A stretch of 64,000 nt of DNA from Bacteroidota bacterium (GCA_038327195.1 JBBQKU010000012.1:38401-102400); one strand, 5' to 3'. Positions 35,713 through 46,611 are shown, counted from the first letter of the stretch. Notes: generated by a model from the letters alone, not told the origin. Translations and numbers: made by a program.

Positions 35713-37329
35713 TCATTTTCCAGCTGGACTTTTAAAAAAGTCAATTTGTTTTTTGTTATTAGGATCTAATTCTTTAATGATTGTAAAGTACTCTTTAGAT
35801 TTTGCATTATCTTTCATTACTAAGTAATGGTAACCCAAATACTCACAAGCTTCAATTACGTTTAATTTAACTCCTGCCCTTTCTTCTGGCTTAACCAAAG
35901 TTAAAGCTTTTTCATAATGCGGTTTTGCTAACCATTTTTCGTTTTTCAAATCTTGCTGAACGTTTGCTTTCCCTCTCCAAAAATAAGCAGTAGCAAAAGT
36001 TGGAATTGCTTGAGTAACTTTAGAAAAACAAGTATCTGCTTTCACGAAATCTTTTGGTCCAAAATAATAAGCACGACCCATTTCAAAATAATCTTGTCCC
36101 GATAAGTTTTTTGGATCTCCTGCCATTTTCTTTTCGAAAGTAGCAATTGCTTTATCATATTTTTTTGCTTTCATGTATGACTTAGCAATTTCATTAGTTA
36201 TTTCTCCTGCTAATTTAGGGTCCATTTGAGCAGCTTTTTCCATTTCAATTACACCTAAACTATCCTTACCTGTTTTTGCTAATAATATACCTTTATATTT
36301 ATAGTCAGTTGCTACGTATTTAAAATTTGGTACTGTTGAAGTTTTTTCAAAGAATTTTGTAATAGACGACAAGCCTTTATTATAAGCTTCTTTATCTGTT
36401 ACGTTTCCTAATTCTGCATAAGAATACCCCAACATTCTATCTAAATAAAACTTTGTGTTTCCTGCCTTTTGCAAATTTTCTAATTCTCCAATTGCCTCAG
36501 TATATTGTTTATTACTGAATAAAAATGAAGCATAACGCTCACGTGCATCTAAACTATTATTAAGCTCTAAGTATTTTTTATAGCTTTCAACAGCGTTTGC
36601 TTTTTGTCCTGCTTTATAATATAATTCAGCCTTCTCACGGTATGCAGGAGCATAATTAGGATCAATAGCTTGAGCTTTTTTATATAAATCTAAAGCTAAT
36701 TGGTAATTTTGTCCACGTTGGTATAATTTACCGGAACGCAAATCACCCTTTGGCGATGTTGGATTTAATTCTGTTGCTTTATTGTAATTTTTAACTGCTG
36801 GCCCTCCATCAGTTGGATTTTTCTCTAATAAAGCATCACCCATTAATAAATAGGAGTCTTGATTTTTTGGTTCAAGTTTAATAGCAGCGTTTAATAAATT
36901 AATTGCTTCATCTAAACTTTTTTGTTCAGCCTCGATATAAATTTCGGCAGTTTTACGCATTACTTCAGCATTTTTATTAGCACCTAAAGTAGAAGCTTTA
37001 AATAATTGTGCTTTTGCTTCTGCTTGTTTGCCTGAATACCAAAGTACTTTGCCTAATCCAACATAATTTAAAGGATTTGTCGCGTTTAATTCCACACCTT
37101 TTTGGTAAAATATGTTTGCAGAATCCATATCTCCTTTTTTAAAATAATTTTCTCCACAGTAAAAATAATTTTCACCCTTATTTGGTTCTCTAGCAATAAT
37201 TGCTCTAAAATAATTACCACCTAACTCAAAGCGCTCATTATCAGTTTTTGTAATTGCTTCTTGCAAGGTTTGTGCAAATGATGTATTTGCTAAAATAATT
37301 GCTGTGCTTATTAACGTTATTTTTTTCAT
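35713..37329 (-). CDS. Secreted tetratricopeptide-repeat (TPR) protein
   Basis: Signal peptide; more than 10 TPR-like units (…A...Y.KA.ELNP…). Confidence 0.75.
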   Translation of the reverse strand: MKKITLISTAIILANTSFAQTLQEAITKTDNERFELGGNYFRAIIAREPNKGENYFYCGENYFKKGDMDSANIFYQKGVELNATNPLNYVGLGKVLWYSGKQAEAKAQLFKASTLGANKNAEVMRKTAEIYIEAEQKSLDEAINLLNAAIKLEPKNQDSYLLMGDALLEKNPTDGGPAVKNYNKATELNPTSPKGDLRSGKLYQRGQNYQLALDLYKKAQAIDPNYAPAYREKAELYYKAGQKANAVESYKKYLELNNSLDARERYASFLFSNKQYTEAIGELENLQKAGNTKFYLDRMLGYSYAELGNVTDKEAYNKGLSSITKFFEKTSTVPNFKYVATDYKYKGILLAKTGKDSLGVIEMEKAAQMDPKLAGEITNEIAKSYMKAKKYDKAIATFEKKMAGDPKNLSGQDYFEMGRAYYFGPKDFVKADTCFSKVTQAIPTFATAYFWRGKANVQQDLKNEKWLAKPHYEKALTLVKPEERAGVKLNVIEACEYLGYHYLVMKDNAKSKEYFTIIKELDPNNKKQIDFFKSPAGK

Positions 37330-37344
37330 AAAATAGTTTTCTAT

Positions 37345-37908
37345 TTATTGTGTTGTATTTATTTTACCACTGATTATTTCGAATACTAACTGGTTGTTTA
37401 AATTATTTTCAATCCCAAATATACTTATTTTAGAAGGATCAACAATTAATTTAAAATCTACTCTATAATTTTTCGAATCGTTTTTATCAGAAAAATTTAA
37501 AGGATCATATTGGGCAATACATGGTATTGTAATATTATTTATAGTAAGTTGACCTTCCATTTTATAATCTTTTTCATCATTTAAATGCTGGGTAAACAAA
37601 TATAAATTTCCTCCTAAATTGCCTTTGAATAAAAATGGCTGAACACCTTGAGCACGAATGATAGAATCAGTTTTTATATTACCAGATTTTAATGTTGATA
37701 AATCAGCGTTTAACGTAAAATCACCATTTGATAAGTTTAATATCAGATATGAAAATTCAGTATTCGCATCAAATTGTTTACCCTTTTTATCTTCGGAAAT
37801 AACAAGTAGTCTGGATTGCGTTAAATAATAATTACTAACTTGAGCTTTAACAGTCGAATTTAAAAAAAATGATAGAATAATTATTTTTATTGCGATTTTT
37901 AATTTCAT
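37345..37908 (-). CDS. Hypothetical secreted protein
   Basis: Signal peptide (FFLNSTVKAQ); beta-rich. No family recognised. Confidence 0.45.
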   Translation of the reverse strand: MKLKIAIKIIILSFFLNSTVKAQVSNYYLTQSRLLVISEDKKGKQFDANTEFSYLILNLSNGDFTLNADLSTLKSGNIKTDSIIRAQGVQPFLFKGNLGGNLYLFTQHLNDEKDYKMEGQLTINNITIPCIAQYDPLNFSDKNDSKNYRVDFKLIVDPSKISIFGIENNLNNQLVFEIISGKINTTQ

Positions 37909-38063
37909 TAAAACTGGTTAAGGTATTATTTCCTCTGTAAAAATTATAATGTGCAAGTTACAATTTAAAAATTTCAATTAACCTGCCAAAATCACATTTG
38001 GTAATGATATTATTCATTTTTTTAACATTATTTTACAAAACACGTTATAATTATATGCTAAAA

Positions 38064-38096
38064 TAAAAAAGACGAGTTAATAGTTTAACTCGTCTT
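38064..38096 (-). terminator. Rho-independent terminator after the DUF3078-like gene
   Basis: 11-bp stem agacgagttaa / ttaactcgtct with a T-run on the minus strand. Confidence 0.7.
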
Positions 38097-38112
38097 TGTA
38101 TGTTTTTTTTAA

Positions 38113-39102
38113 TTAAAATTTATAATTCAATCCTAACCCTAGTACTTGTTTAAATTGAACATCTGGTCCGATTGTGCCTTTTTGATCACCCGCACTACGA
38201 AGCAATTTAATATCATCATCGTAAATTAATTGAGTTGCTAAAGTTGCAGAAATAAATTTATTTACTTTAAATGTTGTTAACGTAGTCCAGTTTACATCAA
38301 CATTTCCTGGGTTTGTAACGTAATTTGTAAATAATTCTAAAACAGTTTGAAAAGTAATGTTATCCATCACTTTGGTTTGATATTGCATTTTTATATATGC
38401 TCCAAATTCTTCACGGTGAGTTTTATATTTTGTGGTTATTTTAGTAGGATCGTTTGGATCTAAATATTCATCTTTTTGAACACCAAAAGCTCCAACTTTA
38501 GCCAATTGAGCATCATTTACAAACGTGAATTTTCCTGTTATAGGAGAAACAAAAAACGAAAAATGGTTATTTGGTTTATAATCTAATCCTAAAGCAGCTA
38601 AGCCATAGCCAGGAGCCATAAACTTTGAAATATAAACAGAATCATTAGGATAGTTGTATCCATTTGCAAATTGGGTTCTAAAATCAACTAATGCTGAATA
38701 ATACCAACTTTTAAATGCATGACGACCATATTTTGAGGTTAGTTGTATTTTATCATCATTTTTCCACCAGTGTTTGTTATCTCCTTGTTTAATTACACCA
38801 TAACCTAATTCTAAATTATTATCCCAAGTTGTATTTCCACGTTTATATTTCGCAAATACATTTACTAATCCCCCCACAGAAATTGAATTATTTCCACCTG
38901 CTGCCCAATTAGTTAATGATACTTGTTGTCCGTTTATGGCAATGATTCCACCAATCCTCCAAGGTTTAACAGAATCAGCAGCCATTGATATTAATTTATC
39001 AGTTTCTGCTTGTAGTTTCGCCGCATCATCTTTTGTAACTTCTTGAGAAAATAAACTAAATGTTATTGTAAGTAAAGTAATCGATAAAAAAATTTGCTTC
39101 AT
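38113..39102 (-). CDS. DUF3078-like outer-membrane beta-barrel protein
   Basis: Signal peptide; hallmark W.IGG....NG.QVSLTNWAAGGNNS motif; C-terminal ...LGLNYKF. Confidence 0.65.
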   Translation of the reverse strand: MKQIFLSITLLTITFSLFSQEVTKDDAAKLQAETDKLISMAADSVKPWRIGGIIAINGQQVSLTNWAAGGNNSISVGGLVNVFAKYKRGNTTWDNNLELGYGVIKQGDNKHWWKNDDKIQLTSKYGRHAFKSWYYSALVDFRTQFANGYNYPNDSVYISKFMAPGYGLAALGLDYKPNNHFSFFVSPITGKFTFVNDAQLAKVGAFGVQKDEYLDPNDPTKITTKYKTHREEFGAYIKMQYQTKVMDNITFQTVLELFTNYVTNPGNVDVNWTTLTTFKVNKFISATLATQLIYDDDIKLLRSAGDQKGTIGPDVQFKQVLGLGLNYKF

Positions 39103-39237
39103 AATGGTCTTGAATTTTAAAAATGCAAATCTAGTAAAACATCTATTAAACCAAAACTTTATAAATTATCAAATTGTTAATTATCTAATTCTTTAGTAAT
39201 AGCAATCGATGTGCTTATAAATTGGATAAATTTAGGC

Positions 39238-40134
39238 TTAATTGGCTTGAATTTTATACCATTTGGTGGTATTCGCTGGGTCAACAGTAGTAAGTGTTTG
39301 CACTACTTTTGTTTTTTCGTCAGGAAGGCCTTTTGAAAAAATATTAACAATTTCATCTGCTTTAGCATTAAAAAATAGCTCCATTACAAATGTGGCAGGT
39401 CTGTTTTTATAAACGCCCACTAACAAATCCATTGATTTCAATATTTCACTTCTTCCTTCATCAGGTTTATCAAACATAATATCTAAACCAAGTCTATGAT
39501 ATCTGTACATACATTCTCTAATAGGAATAAACACTGGCTGTAAGGCATTTTCAGGAATCCAATATCTATTTTTATTTGATTCTTGTGATTTCCAACCAAT
39601 ATCACCTGAACTTTGAGCATTAGCAACAATTATTTGAGCTTTTTGAAAATATTCTGTTCCTCCTAAACTTGAAAATGTATCGTAATCATTTGCTAAAATA
39701 ATATAGGCGTAATATGATAAAACCGAAGTTAAGTTTGTAGAAAATGTATTTAAGTTAAATTCTAATTGTTGAAACTGCTGATATTTGAAAGTGAAGTTTT
39801 CGTCTATGTAATTTACGGCTGGCGAAAAGTAGGAGCTTTTGAAGATTGGTCTTCTGCTTTGAACTTGAATCGTTGCTTTATAATCGTCGGTGCTTATTTT
39901 TTGAGTTACATTTATTAAAATCGAACAATCAATTCGTTCTGAAGTTGTGTAATTATCTTTTGTCCATTTTGTGTTATTCATAAACTCAAAAATGGCTTTT
40001 TGTAATTGTTCAAAAATTTGTTTTTCAGTCGTTCCTTGTATTTGTGGGGAGGCAACTGTTACTTGGCAATTTAATTCTTGGGCAACTATTCCTGATGAAT
40101 AGCAGAAAATTAGTATGAATATATATTTAAACAT
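39238..40134 (-). CDS. DUF4835-family protein (possibly labelled T9SS-associated PorD in some annotations; uncertain, from memory)
   Basis: Signal peptide; LNC.V.V....QGT motif. Conserved position immediately downstream of coaBC, overlapping it by 8 nt. Confidence 0.55.
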   Translation of the reverse strand: MFKYIFILIFCYSSGIVAQELNCQVTVASPQIQGTTEKQIFEQLQKAIFEFMNNTKWTKDNYTTSERIDCSILINVTQKISTDDYKATIQVQSRRPIFKSSYFSPAVNYIDENFTFKYQQFQQLEFNLNTFSTNLTSVLSYYAYIILANDYDTFSSLGGTEYFQKAQIIVANAQSSGDIGWKSQESNKNRYWIPENALQPVFIPIRECMYRYHRLGLDIMFDKPDEGRSEILKSMDLLVGVYKNRPATFVMELFFNAKADEIVNIFSKGLPDEKTKVVQTLTTVDPANTTKWYKIQAN

Positions 40135-41398
40135 CTTTTTTAATTAATTGAATTGTAAAGTTTACAATGTCTTTAGCAACTTCTTGTTTTGTTTTTAACT
40201 CAAAATTAGTTAAATTATTGTGTTTGTCAATAATTGTTATTTTATTGGTGTCAACTCCAAATCCAGAACCTTTTTCAGTTGCTGAATTTGCTATAATAAA
40301 GTCAAGATTTTTTTTGATTATTTTGTCTTTTGCGTATTCAATAATATTATCGGTTTCTAATGCAAAGCCAATTAATAATTGTGACGTTTTTAGTTTTCCT
40401 AATGTCTCAAGCACATCAACTGTTTTTGTAAGTGCTAAATTAAATTCAGCATCCTTTTTTTTAATTTTAGTTGATGATACTTCAACTGGTTTATAATCTG
40501 CAACAGCAGCGGATAGTATTGCAATATCACAAGTTGTAAAAGCCGTTTGGCAAGCATTCAACATCTCTTCAGCACTTTCAATAGCTATAATTTTAACATT
40601 TACCTGACTAGGCTTTTGATGCGATGGCCCTAAAACTAAGGTAACTAAAGCACCTTGTTTCGCAAATTCATCTGCAATAGCAACTCCCATTTTTCCTGAA
40701 GAGCGGTTTCCAATAAATCTAACTGGGTCAATGGCCTCATAGGTTGGCCCTGCATTTACTAAAATAACTTTGCCAATTAATGGTAATGTGCTTTGTATAT
40801 CTTTTTTAATAAAATCAATAATAAATTCAGGTTCTGCCATGCGACCTTCTCCTATTAATCCACTTGCCAATTCGCCAAATTGCGCATTTATAACTATGTT
40901 TTTATTATTTTTTAAAATTTCTAAATTTTTTAAAGTTGTTGGATGTTGATACATATCCAAATCCATGGCTGGAGCAACAAATACATTACATCTTGCTGAT
41001 AAATAACAAGCTGTTACAATATTATCACATATTCCATATGCAAATTTCGCTAATGTATTTGCTGTTAATGGTGCAACTACAAATATGTCAGCCCATTCGG
41101 CAAGTGCAACGTGATTATTCCAATTATTCGAAGAATCAAAAAAGTCAGAAATTACATCATTTTTACTTAATACTGAAAGTGTTTTTGAGCTAACAAATTC
41201 CTCAGCAGATTTTGTCATTATTACTTTAACTTCTGCTCCTTCTTTAATAAATAGCCTAACTAAATGAGCACATTTATAAGAGGCGATTCCGCCTGTTATA
41301 CCAAGTAAAATATGTTTGCCTTTTAACATTTTAGGGACTAAAGATAACAAATTAAATATAAAAAAAGAGTCATTTTGAATGGTATCAAAATGACTCAA
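40127..41398 (-). CDS. coaBC: Bifunctional phosphopantothenoylcysteine decarboxylase / phosphopantothenate-cysteine ligase
   Basis: GKHILLGITGGIASYK flavoprotein N-terminus, PAMD..M, and C-terminal CoaB motifs (GPT.E.IDPVR.I.N.SSGKMG, AAVADY). The true start is probably the internal Met at 41329 (MLKGKHILLG). Confidence 0.9.
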   Translation of the reverse strand: MSHFDTIQNDSFFIFNLLSLVPKMLKGKHILLGITGGIASYKCAHLVRLFIKEGAEVKVIMTKSAEEFVSSKTLSVLSKNDVISDFFDSSNNWNNHVALAEWADIFVVAPLTANTLAKFAYGICDNIVTACYLSARCNVFVAPAMDLDMYQHPTTLKNLEILKNNKNIVINAQFGELASGLIGEGRMAEPEFIIDFIKKDIQSTLPLIGKVILVNAGPTYEAIDPVRFIGNRSSGKMGVAIADEFAKQGALVTLVLGPSHQKPSQVNVKIIAIESAEEMLNACQTAFTTCDIAILSAAVADYKPVEVSSTKIKKKDAEFNLALTKTVDVLETLGKLKTSQLLIGFALETDNIIEYAKDKIIKKNLDFIIANSATEKGSGFGVDTNKITIIDKHNNLTNFELKTKQEVAKDIVNFTIQLIKKDV

Positions 41399-41422
41399 AT
41401 AAATAGAAATTAAGCGGAAGAA

Positions 41423-44400
41423 TTACTGTTTAATCATTTTTTTATATAATACTTTTTCGTTTAACTTAATTTTCACTAAATACGTCCCGCTACTTAAATT
41501 TAATGAACTTGCATCAATTGTTTTATTAAAAACACCAGCGCTTTCTTTTGTTTGATAATAAGCTATTTCTTTACCTAATGCATCAATTATAGTAAGTTCA
41601 ACATTACTGTCAGAAGTTAGGTTTAACGAAATCAAAAATGTATTTGAAAAAGGATTTGGATAAATACTTATCTGGTTACTTTCTGTGATATTTGAAATTC
41701 CAGCAGTAAGAGTTATTGTTTGACCGTTTGTGCTTACTACTGGGCTTTGTAAACCTGCTCCGTTTTCTGATTTCACATTAAAGAAATAGGTTGTCCCTAA
41801 CGTAAGGGTTAAACTTTTCGCCGTAACTAAAGTATCTCCCCAATTACTTGTCCAACCTAATGTGTTTGTGAAGCCAGGGGCTGTGCCAATTGAGTACCAG
41901 TATTTTGCAATATCCGAATTTGGATCTTTTGAAGAAGACCAATTTGCAGAAAGAGAATCACTTGTCGCAACCACATTAATATCTGATGCTTTTCCATCAT
42001 TAATGTTCGCAATTGTAGTAGGATTTGTCCAGTCAACATTTAAATCTTCGTAATCGATAGTAGATAAATTTCCAGCAAAATCATTAACTATTGATTTTAC
42101 TTTGGCTCCAAATTGAATTGGGCTAGGGTTTTGATATCTGGCATCATAAGCATTGCCTGGGCCAACAGAAACAGTTACTGATGTTGTTGGACGCGATCGA
42201 TATACTTTAATTTCATCCAGACTCCAAATGCAATTCCCACTTCTAAACGAAATATAGTCACCAACAGTGTGCGGTGTTGGGTCTGTCCAGGTTGCTATTT
42301 TTGTTAAATTTTGATATACATCAATTTTACCTGAAATACGATCAAAAATCACTTTATAATCATACCATTGCCCTGGAATAATTGTACATGTTGGACTTAC
42401 TTCTAAAGTAAAAACATTATTTATAGTTTTATAAACTTCAACAGTAGCTGTGTTTGTAATAGCTGATGTGCCTAATCTAAAATAAACAAAGTAGGAATTA
42501 TATCGATTTGAAGAATCTGGTCTATCAACAAAAAAGTGGAAACCAGCTCTGCGGTTTGTACCAGAACCAGCGATTTTTCCTTTAAAGTTATATAAATATC
42601 TGTTAGATAAAGTTTGGGTTAAGGCAGCATATATATTTGTATTTGAGGCTGCAAGACTTACTTCGTCAGTTTGTTCTAAAGCATTTGTGTTTATAATCCA
42701 AGTTCCTGTTTTTTGAGTCCATTCAGGGTGAATTGCTAAGTCAAAATTATCTGAAAAAAATCCATGAGTATAATTTCCTCTCCATTCGGTAGCATTATAA
42801 TCTAAAACTTGGTAAAAACTTTTTTCTAATCCAGAACCACCAGTATCAGCATCGGTAAAAGATGCAGTAAAGTTTGCTGTTTTCCATGCACCAACCGTCG
42901 AAATGGTAGTAGTTGGAGCTATTGCATCAACCGTACTTGTTACCACTGCATTTGTTGTATATGTTGCAGCCCAACCAAGTTGTGTTGTTGCGCAATCAGA
43001 ACGGAATTCGAATAATAAACTAGATCCTGATGAATTTATAATTCCAGGAGAAACATTGTTTGTGTATTTTCCTATTAATGTTGAACTAGTTGAACTTCCA
43101 TCATAAATAAATAAATAATCAAAATTATTTTCTAAACTAAAAGCTGTAAAATTCATACTAATTGAAGTAGCACCTGCAGGTTGAAATAACCATAATTTTC
43201 GTTCGTCGTTTGAGTAATTTGCACCCGCACCGCCTGTATCATAAAATGTTCCAGAAGTTGCAACAATAGTTGTTGTTACGGGCGAATTATTTAGCATTTT
43301 ATAATATTTTTCCCAATTCCAATAAGGGCCAGGATCATTATGAGTTTGACTTGGAAACATTTGATGCCCTTTAATTTTTACGCAAGTCCCTTGCAAACAA
43401 GATGCTGTTGAACCACTACAACCTGGACCAAAATAGCAACGTAATGGATTAATAGAATAGCCTGCGCACATATCTCTTACTAAATCAGTACTTCCAACAA
43501 ACATAGCATTAGTATACCATGAACCAGTTGAATTATAACCTTCATGCTCAATTCCTAATGTATAAGGGTTTTCAGATCCAATATGCCATGCTTTATTACT
43601 CTCTAACACCATTTGTGTCACTTGTCCATCAGAACTACGAATAACGTAATGCGCACTTGCACTTGCAGCGCAGTTTTTAAACCAGGAAATACAGCCAGCA
43701 TAACTTCCCTCAACATCATGTATTGCCACCATTGTAATTGCTGTTCCAGCACGCGAACTATAATTGCACGTAGTTGGATTCCATAGGGCAGGAGGATAGT
43801 CAACAGATGCCACAGAACTAATTCCTCCAGATGATCTATATGTAGCTCCAGTTCCGCTAGTTATTGTTGTTGGGTTAATAATGACTTTATTTGAACTTAA
43901 TACTTCATAATTTGTCCCAAATACAATTTGTAAATCAATGCCATAATCGGGGAAGCCATAAAAATCTTGAAATTCTCCTTTTGATAAAAACCAATACAAT
44001 TGATACAATTGAGAATTCATCGCGAAATCTGTTTGTAAATCAGCTAATAACGGCAATTCGCTTAAGGCAATAAAAATAGGTTTATAATCTGCAATGTTAT
44101 TGCCCGTAATGCTTTGTTGCGCCTGCAAAACAGAAAATGCTTTTGCATAAGCTAAAATGTTTTTTTCAGGATTTGATTTGATATCATTTACCGAAAAATC
44201 GGATAAGCCAGAAACCGTTATTAAATTGTTTCTAAAATAACCTTTGCCATCTTCAGTTAAACCCATTACGCCAAATGCAGTGGGATATCCAATACAACTT
44301 GGTTCAACACTTACATTTAAATGCTCAAATCTACTTTGCGAAAAAGCAACTGATTCTAACACACCTTTTGGTATTGAAGGGTTTAATAAGTAAGCCTTTC

Positions 44401-44503
44401 GAAAAGAAGCTTCGTATGGATTTGGAATTAATAAATCATTATCTGAATTTGAAAATGATTGAAAGCACAATAAGGTTGAAATTAAAAGTATTAGTTTTTT
44501 CAT
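41423..44503 (-). CDS. T9SS-secreted multi-domain peptidoglycan hydrolase: SLT-like N-terminal region, Amidase_2 (PGRP-type N-acetylmuramoyl-L-alanine amidase), CUB-like, LamG/DUF1080-like jelly-roll, FN3-like, Por C-terminal domain
   Basis: Signal peptide. ES...GVMGL (lytic-transglycosylase-like). AHYVIRSSDG...WHIGSENPYTLGIEHEG...HNDPGPYWNW (Amidase_2). FDYLFIYDGSSTSS.L.GKY...LLFEFRSD....LGW.A.Y (CUB). IYPNPFSNTFLISL...GTYLVKI (T9SS tail). Confidence 0.8.
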   Translation of the reverse strand: MKKLILLISTLLCFQSFSNSDNDLLIPNPYEASFRKAYLLNPSIPKGVLESVAFSQSRFEHLNVSVEPSCIGYPTAFGVMGLTEDGKGYFRNNLITVSGLSDFSVNDIKSNPEKNILAYAKAFSVLQAQQSITGNNIADYKPIFIALSELPLLADLQTDFAMNSQLYQLYWFLSKGEFQDFYGFPDYGIDLQIVFGTNYEVLSSNKVIINPTTITSGTGATYRSSGGISSVASVDYPPALWNPTTCNYSSRAGTAITMVAIHDVEGSYAGCISWFKNCAASASAHYVIRSSDGQVTQMVLESNKAWHIGSENPYTLGIEHEGYNSTGSWYTNAMFVGSTDLVRDMCAGYSINPLRCYFGPGCSGSTASCLQGTCVKIKGHQMFPSQTHNDPGPYWNWEKYYKMLNNSPVTTTIVATSGTFYDTGGAGANYSNDERKLWLFQPAGATSISMNFTAFSLENNFDYLFIYDGSSTSSTLIGKYTNNVSPGIINSSGSSLLFEFRSDCATTQLGWAATYTTNAVVTSTVDAIAPTTTISTVGAWKTANFTASFTDADTGGSGLEKSFYQVLDYNATEWRGNYTHGFFSDNFDLAIHPEWTQKTGTWIINTNALEQTDEVSLAASNTNIYAALTQTLSNRYLYNFKGKIAGSGTNRRAGFHFFVDRPDSSNRYNSYFVYFRLGTSAITNTATVEVYKTINNVFTLEVSPTCTIIPGQWYDYKVIFDRISGKIDVYQNLTKIATWTDPTPHTVGDYISFRSGNCIWSLDEIKVYRSRPTTSVTVSVGPGNAYDARYQNPSPIQFGAKVKSIVNDFAGNLSTIDYEDLNVDWTNPTTIANINDGKASDINVVATSDSLSANWSSSKDPNSDIAKYWYSIGTAPGFTNTLGWTSNWGDTLVTAKSLTLTLGTTYFFNVKSENGAGLQSPVVSTNGQTITLTAGISNITESNQISIYPNPFSNTFLISLNLTSDSNVELTIIDALGKEIAYYQTKESAGVFNKTIDASSLNLSSGTYLVKIKLNEKVLYKKMIKQ

Positions 44504-44733
44504 AGGTATATATTACAATCGTCTAAAGTATGACATATAATGTTAAGTAAAAACTAAATATTTTAGCTAAACTAGTTTAGTGTTTTATTTTAATAAAGAT
44601 TTAACAATTATGATTTTAAGTATGTTTTGAATTGGTATTTTTTGAAAAAAATTTGGTATTGTTTTTAACAATACTCCCTTATTTTACTTGTTACTTGCAA
44701 TCAAACAAATAAATACAGACCTTTACCAATCGT

Positions 44734-46596
44734 ATGAAAAAGAAAGTTGAAATTCTATCACCTGCTAAAAATTTAGTTCAAGGAATAGCTGCCATTAATG
44801 CCGGTGCTGATGCTGTATATATTGGCGCACCTCAATTTGGAGCCCGCTCTAATGCAACTAATTCTCTGGTAGATATTGAAGAATTGGTAAAATATGCTCA
44901 CTTATTTAAGGCTCAAGTTTTTGTAGTAGTAAACACTATTTTGTACGATCATGAATTAGAAGATTGTAAAAAATTAATCCATACATTATATGCAATAGGC
45001 GTAGATGCTTTAATTGTACAAGATATGGCTATTATGGAAATGGATTTGCCTCCAATTGTTATTCATGCTAGTACTCAAGCAAATAACAGAGATCCTAAGC
45101 ATGTAAAATTCTTGAAAGATGCTGGAATGAAACGTGTAGTGCTGGCCCGAGAATTAAATTTGGATCAGATTAAAGATATTAGTAAAGAAACTGATGTTGA
45201 ATTAGAATTTTTTGTTTCAGGTGCACTTTGTGTTTCTTTCAGTGGTAATTGTTATATGAGTATTGCTAATGGAGAAAGAAGTGCGAACAGAGGTTCGTGC
45301 GCACAAAATTGCCGACTGCCTTATAATTTAGTCGATGGGACTGGAAAAACCTTAATAGCAAATAGTCATTTATTATCCATTAAAGATTTAGACTTAAGTA
45401 ATCAGTTACCAAATTTAATTGAGGCGGGTATCACATCTTTTAAAATCGAAGGACGATTAAAAGATATGGTGTATGTTAAAAACAACACCTCTTTTTTACG
45501 AAAAAAATTAGATGCGTTTTTAGAAAATAACGAAACCTATCAAAAAGCATCATCTGGTAGAACATTTTACAACTTCGAAGCAGAAATGGATAGAAGCTTC
45601 AACAGAGGTTATACAGATTATTTTGTAAACAAGAGAACCGAAAAAATAGGCTCTTGGGAAAGTCCAAAATCACAAGGGCAATTAATAGGGAAATTGTTAG
45701 AAGTAAAAGCCAATGGTTATGTTATTGAGAATAGCGATTTATTAAATAATGGTGACGGACTTTTTTTTCTCAACGAAAATAATGAACCAGATGGCGCACA
45801 AGTAAATATCATTATTAATAACATTGTTGTTCCAAACACATTTAAAGCTTTAAAACCTGGAACTATAATTTATAGAAATTCGGATGCTAATTTTAATAGG
45901 CTAGTAGAAAGGGATGATAGTGCAATCCGTAAAATTGGCGTTACATTTAAATTTACAGAAACAAATACTGGATTTCAATTATTAGCTATTGATGAAGATG
46001 GACACGAAAGCATTTCAACTTTTGATTCAGAAAAAGAATTAGCAAAAAATGAAGAGTCAACGATTCCAAATATCAAAAAAAATCTTTCTAAAACTGGTAA
46101 TACGCCCTTTATTATAGATGATATAGAAGTTGAATTTTCGAAAAATTGGTTTTTACCAATTTCTAAAATAAATGAAATTAGAAGAGTTGTATTAGAACAA
46201 CTCATTGACATCCGAATAAATGACTATAAGCGTTCAGAAATTCAAATAAAAAAAACAGATCATCCATATCCAGTTTCTCAATTAGATTTCACATACAATG
46301 TTTCTAATAATTTAGCACGTACATTTTATAAAAGACATGGCGTAACCGATATTGAAAAAGCATTTGAATTACAATGGGATCCAGGAAAATCGCGAGTAAT
46401 GGTTACCAAATATTGTGTTAAATATGAATTGGGAAAATGTGCCCGTTTCCAAAAAGAAACTATGGGCGAAAAAGTGGTTGAACCACTTATTTTAAAACAA
46501 GGTGAATTAGAATATAAATTAAAATTTAATTGCAAACCTTGCGAAATGGAAATTTGGGAAAAAGATGCTGAACTAGAATTTGAAGACGAAGATTAA
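44734..46596 (+). CDS. U32-family peptidase-like protein (long form)
   Basis: LSPAKN...AI.AGADAVYIG...FGAR and E.F.SGALCVSFSGNCYMS motifs of the U32 family. Cys-rich C-terminus. Confidence 0.85.
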   Translation: MKKKVEILSPAKNLVQGIAAINAGADAVYIGAPQFGARSNATNSLVDIEELVKYAHLFKAQVFVVVNTILYDHELEDCKKLIHTLYAIGVDALIVQDMAIMEMDLPPIVIHASTQANNRDPKHVKFLKDAGMKRVVLARELNLDQIKDISKETDVELEFFVSGALCVSFSGNCYMSIANGERSANRGSCAQNCRLPYNLVDGTGKTLIANSHLLSIKDLDLSNQLPNLIEAGITSFKIEGRLKDMVYVKNNTSFLRKKLDAFLENNETYQKASSGRTFYNFEAEMDRSFNRGYTDYFVNKRTEKIGSWESPKSQGQLIGKLLEVKANGYVIENSDLLNNGDGLFFLNENNEPDGAQVNIIINNIVVPNTFKALKPGTIIYRNSDANFNRLVERDDSAIRKIGVTFKFTETNTGFQLLAIDEDGHESISTFDSEKELAKNEESTIPNIKKNLSKTGNTPFIIDDIEVEFSKNWFLPISKINEIRRVVLEQLIDIRINDYKRSEIQIKKTDHPYPVSQLDFTYNVSNNLARTFYKRHGVTDIEKAFELQWDPGKSRVMVTKYCVKYELGKCARFQKETMGEKVVEPLILKQGELEYKLKFNCKPCEMEIWEKDAELEFEDED

Positions 46597-46611
46597 TATT
46601 TAGTCTGAAAG

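Noticed and set aside
41330-41398. 23-codon N-terminal extension of coaBC (MSHFDTIQNDSFFIFNLLSLVPK)
   Set aside because: CoaBC proteins normally begin just before the GK.ILLG.TGGIA.YK motif. The extension has no homology-like features and probably reflects the longest-ORF rule. The likely start is 41329.
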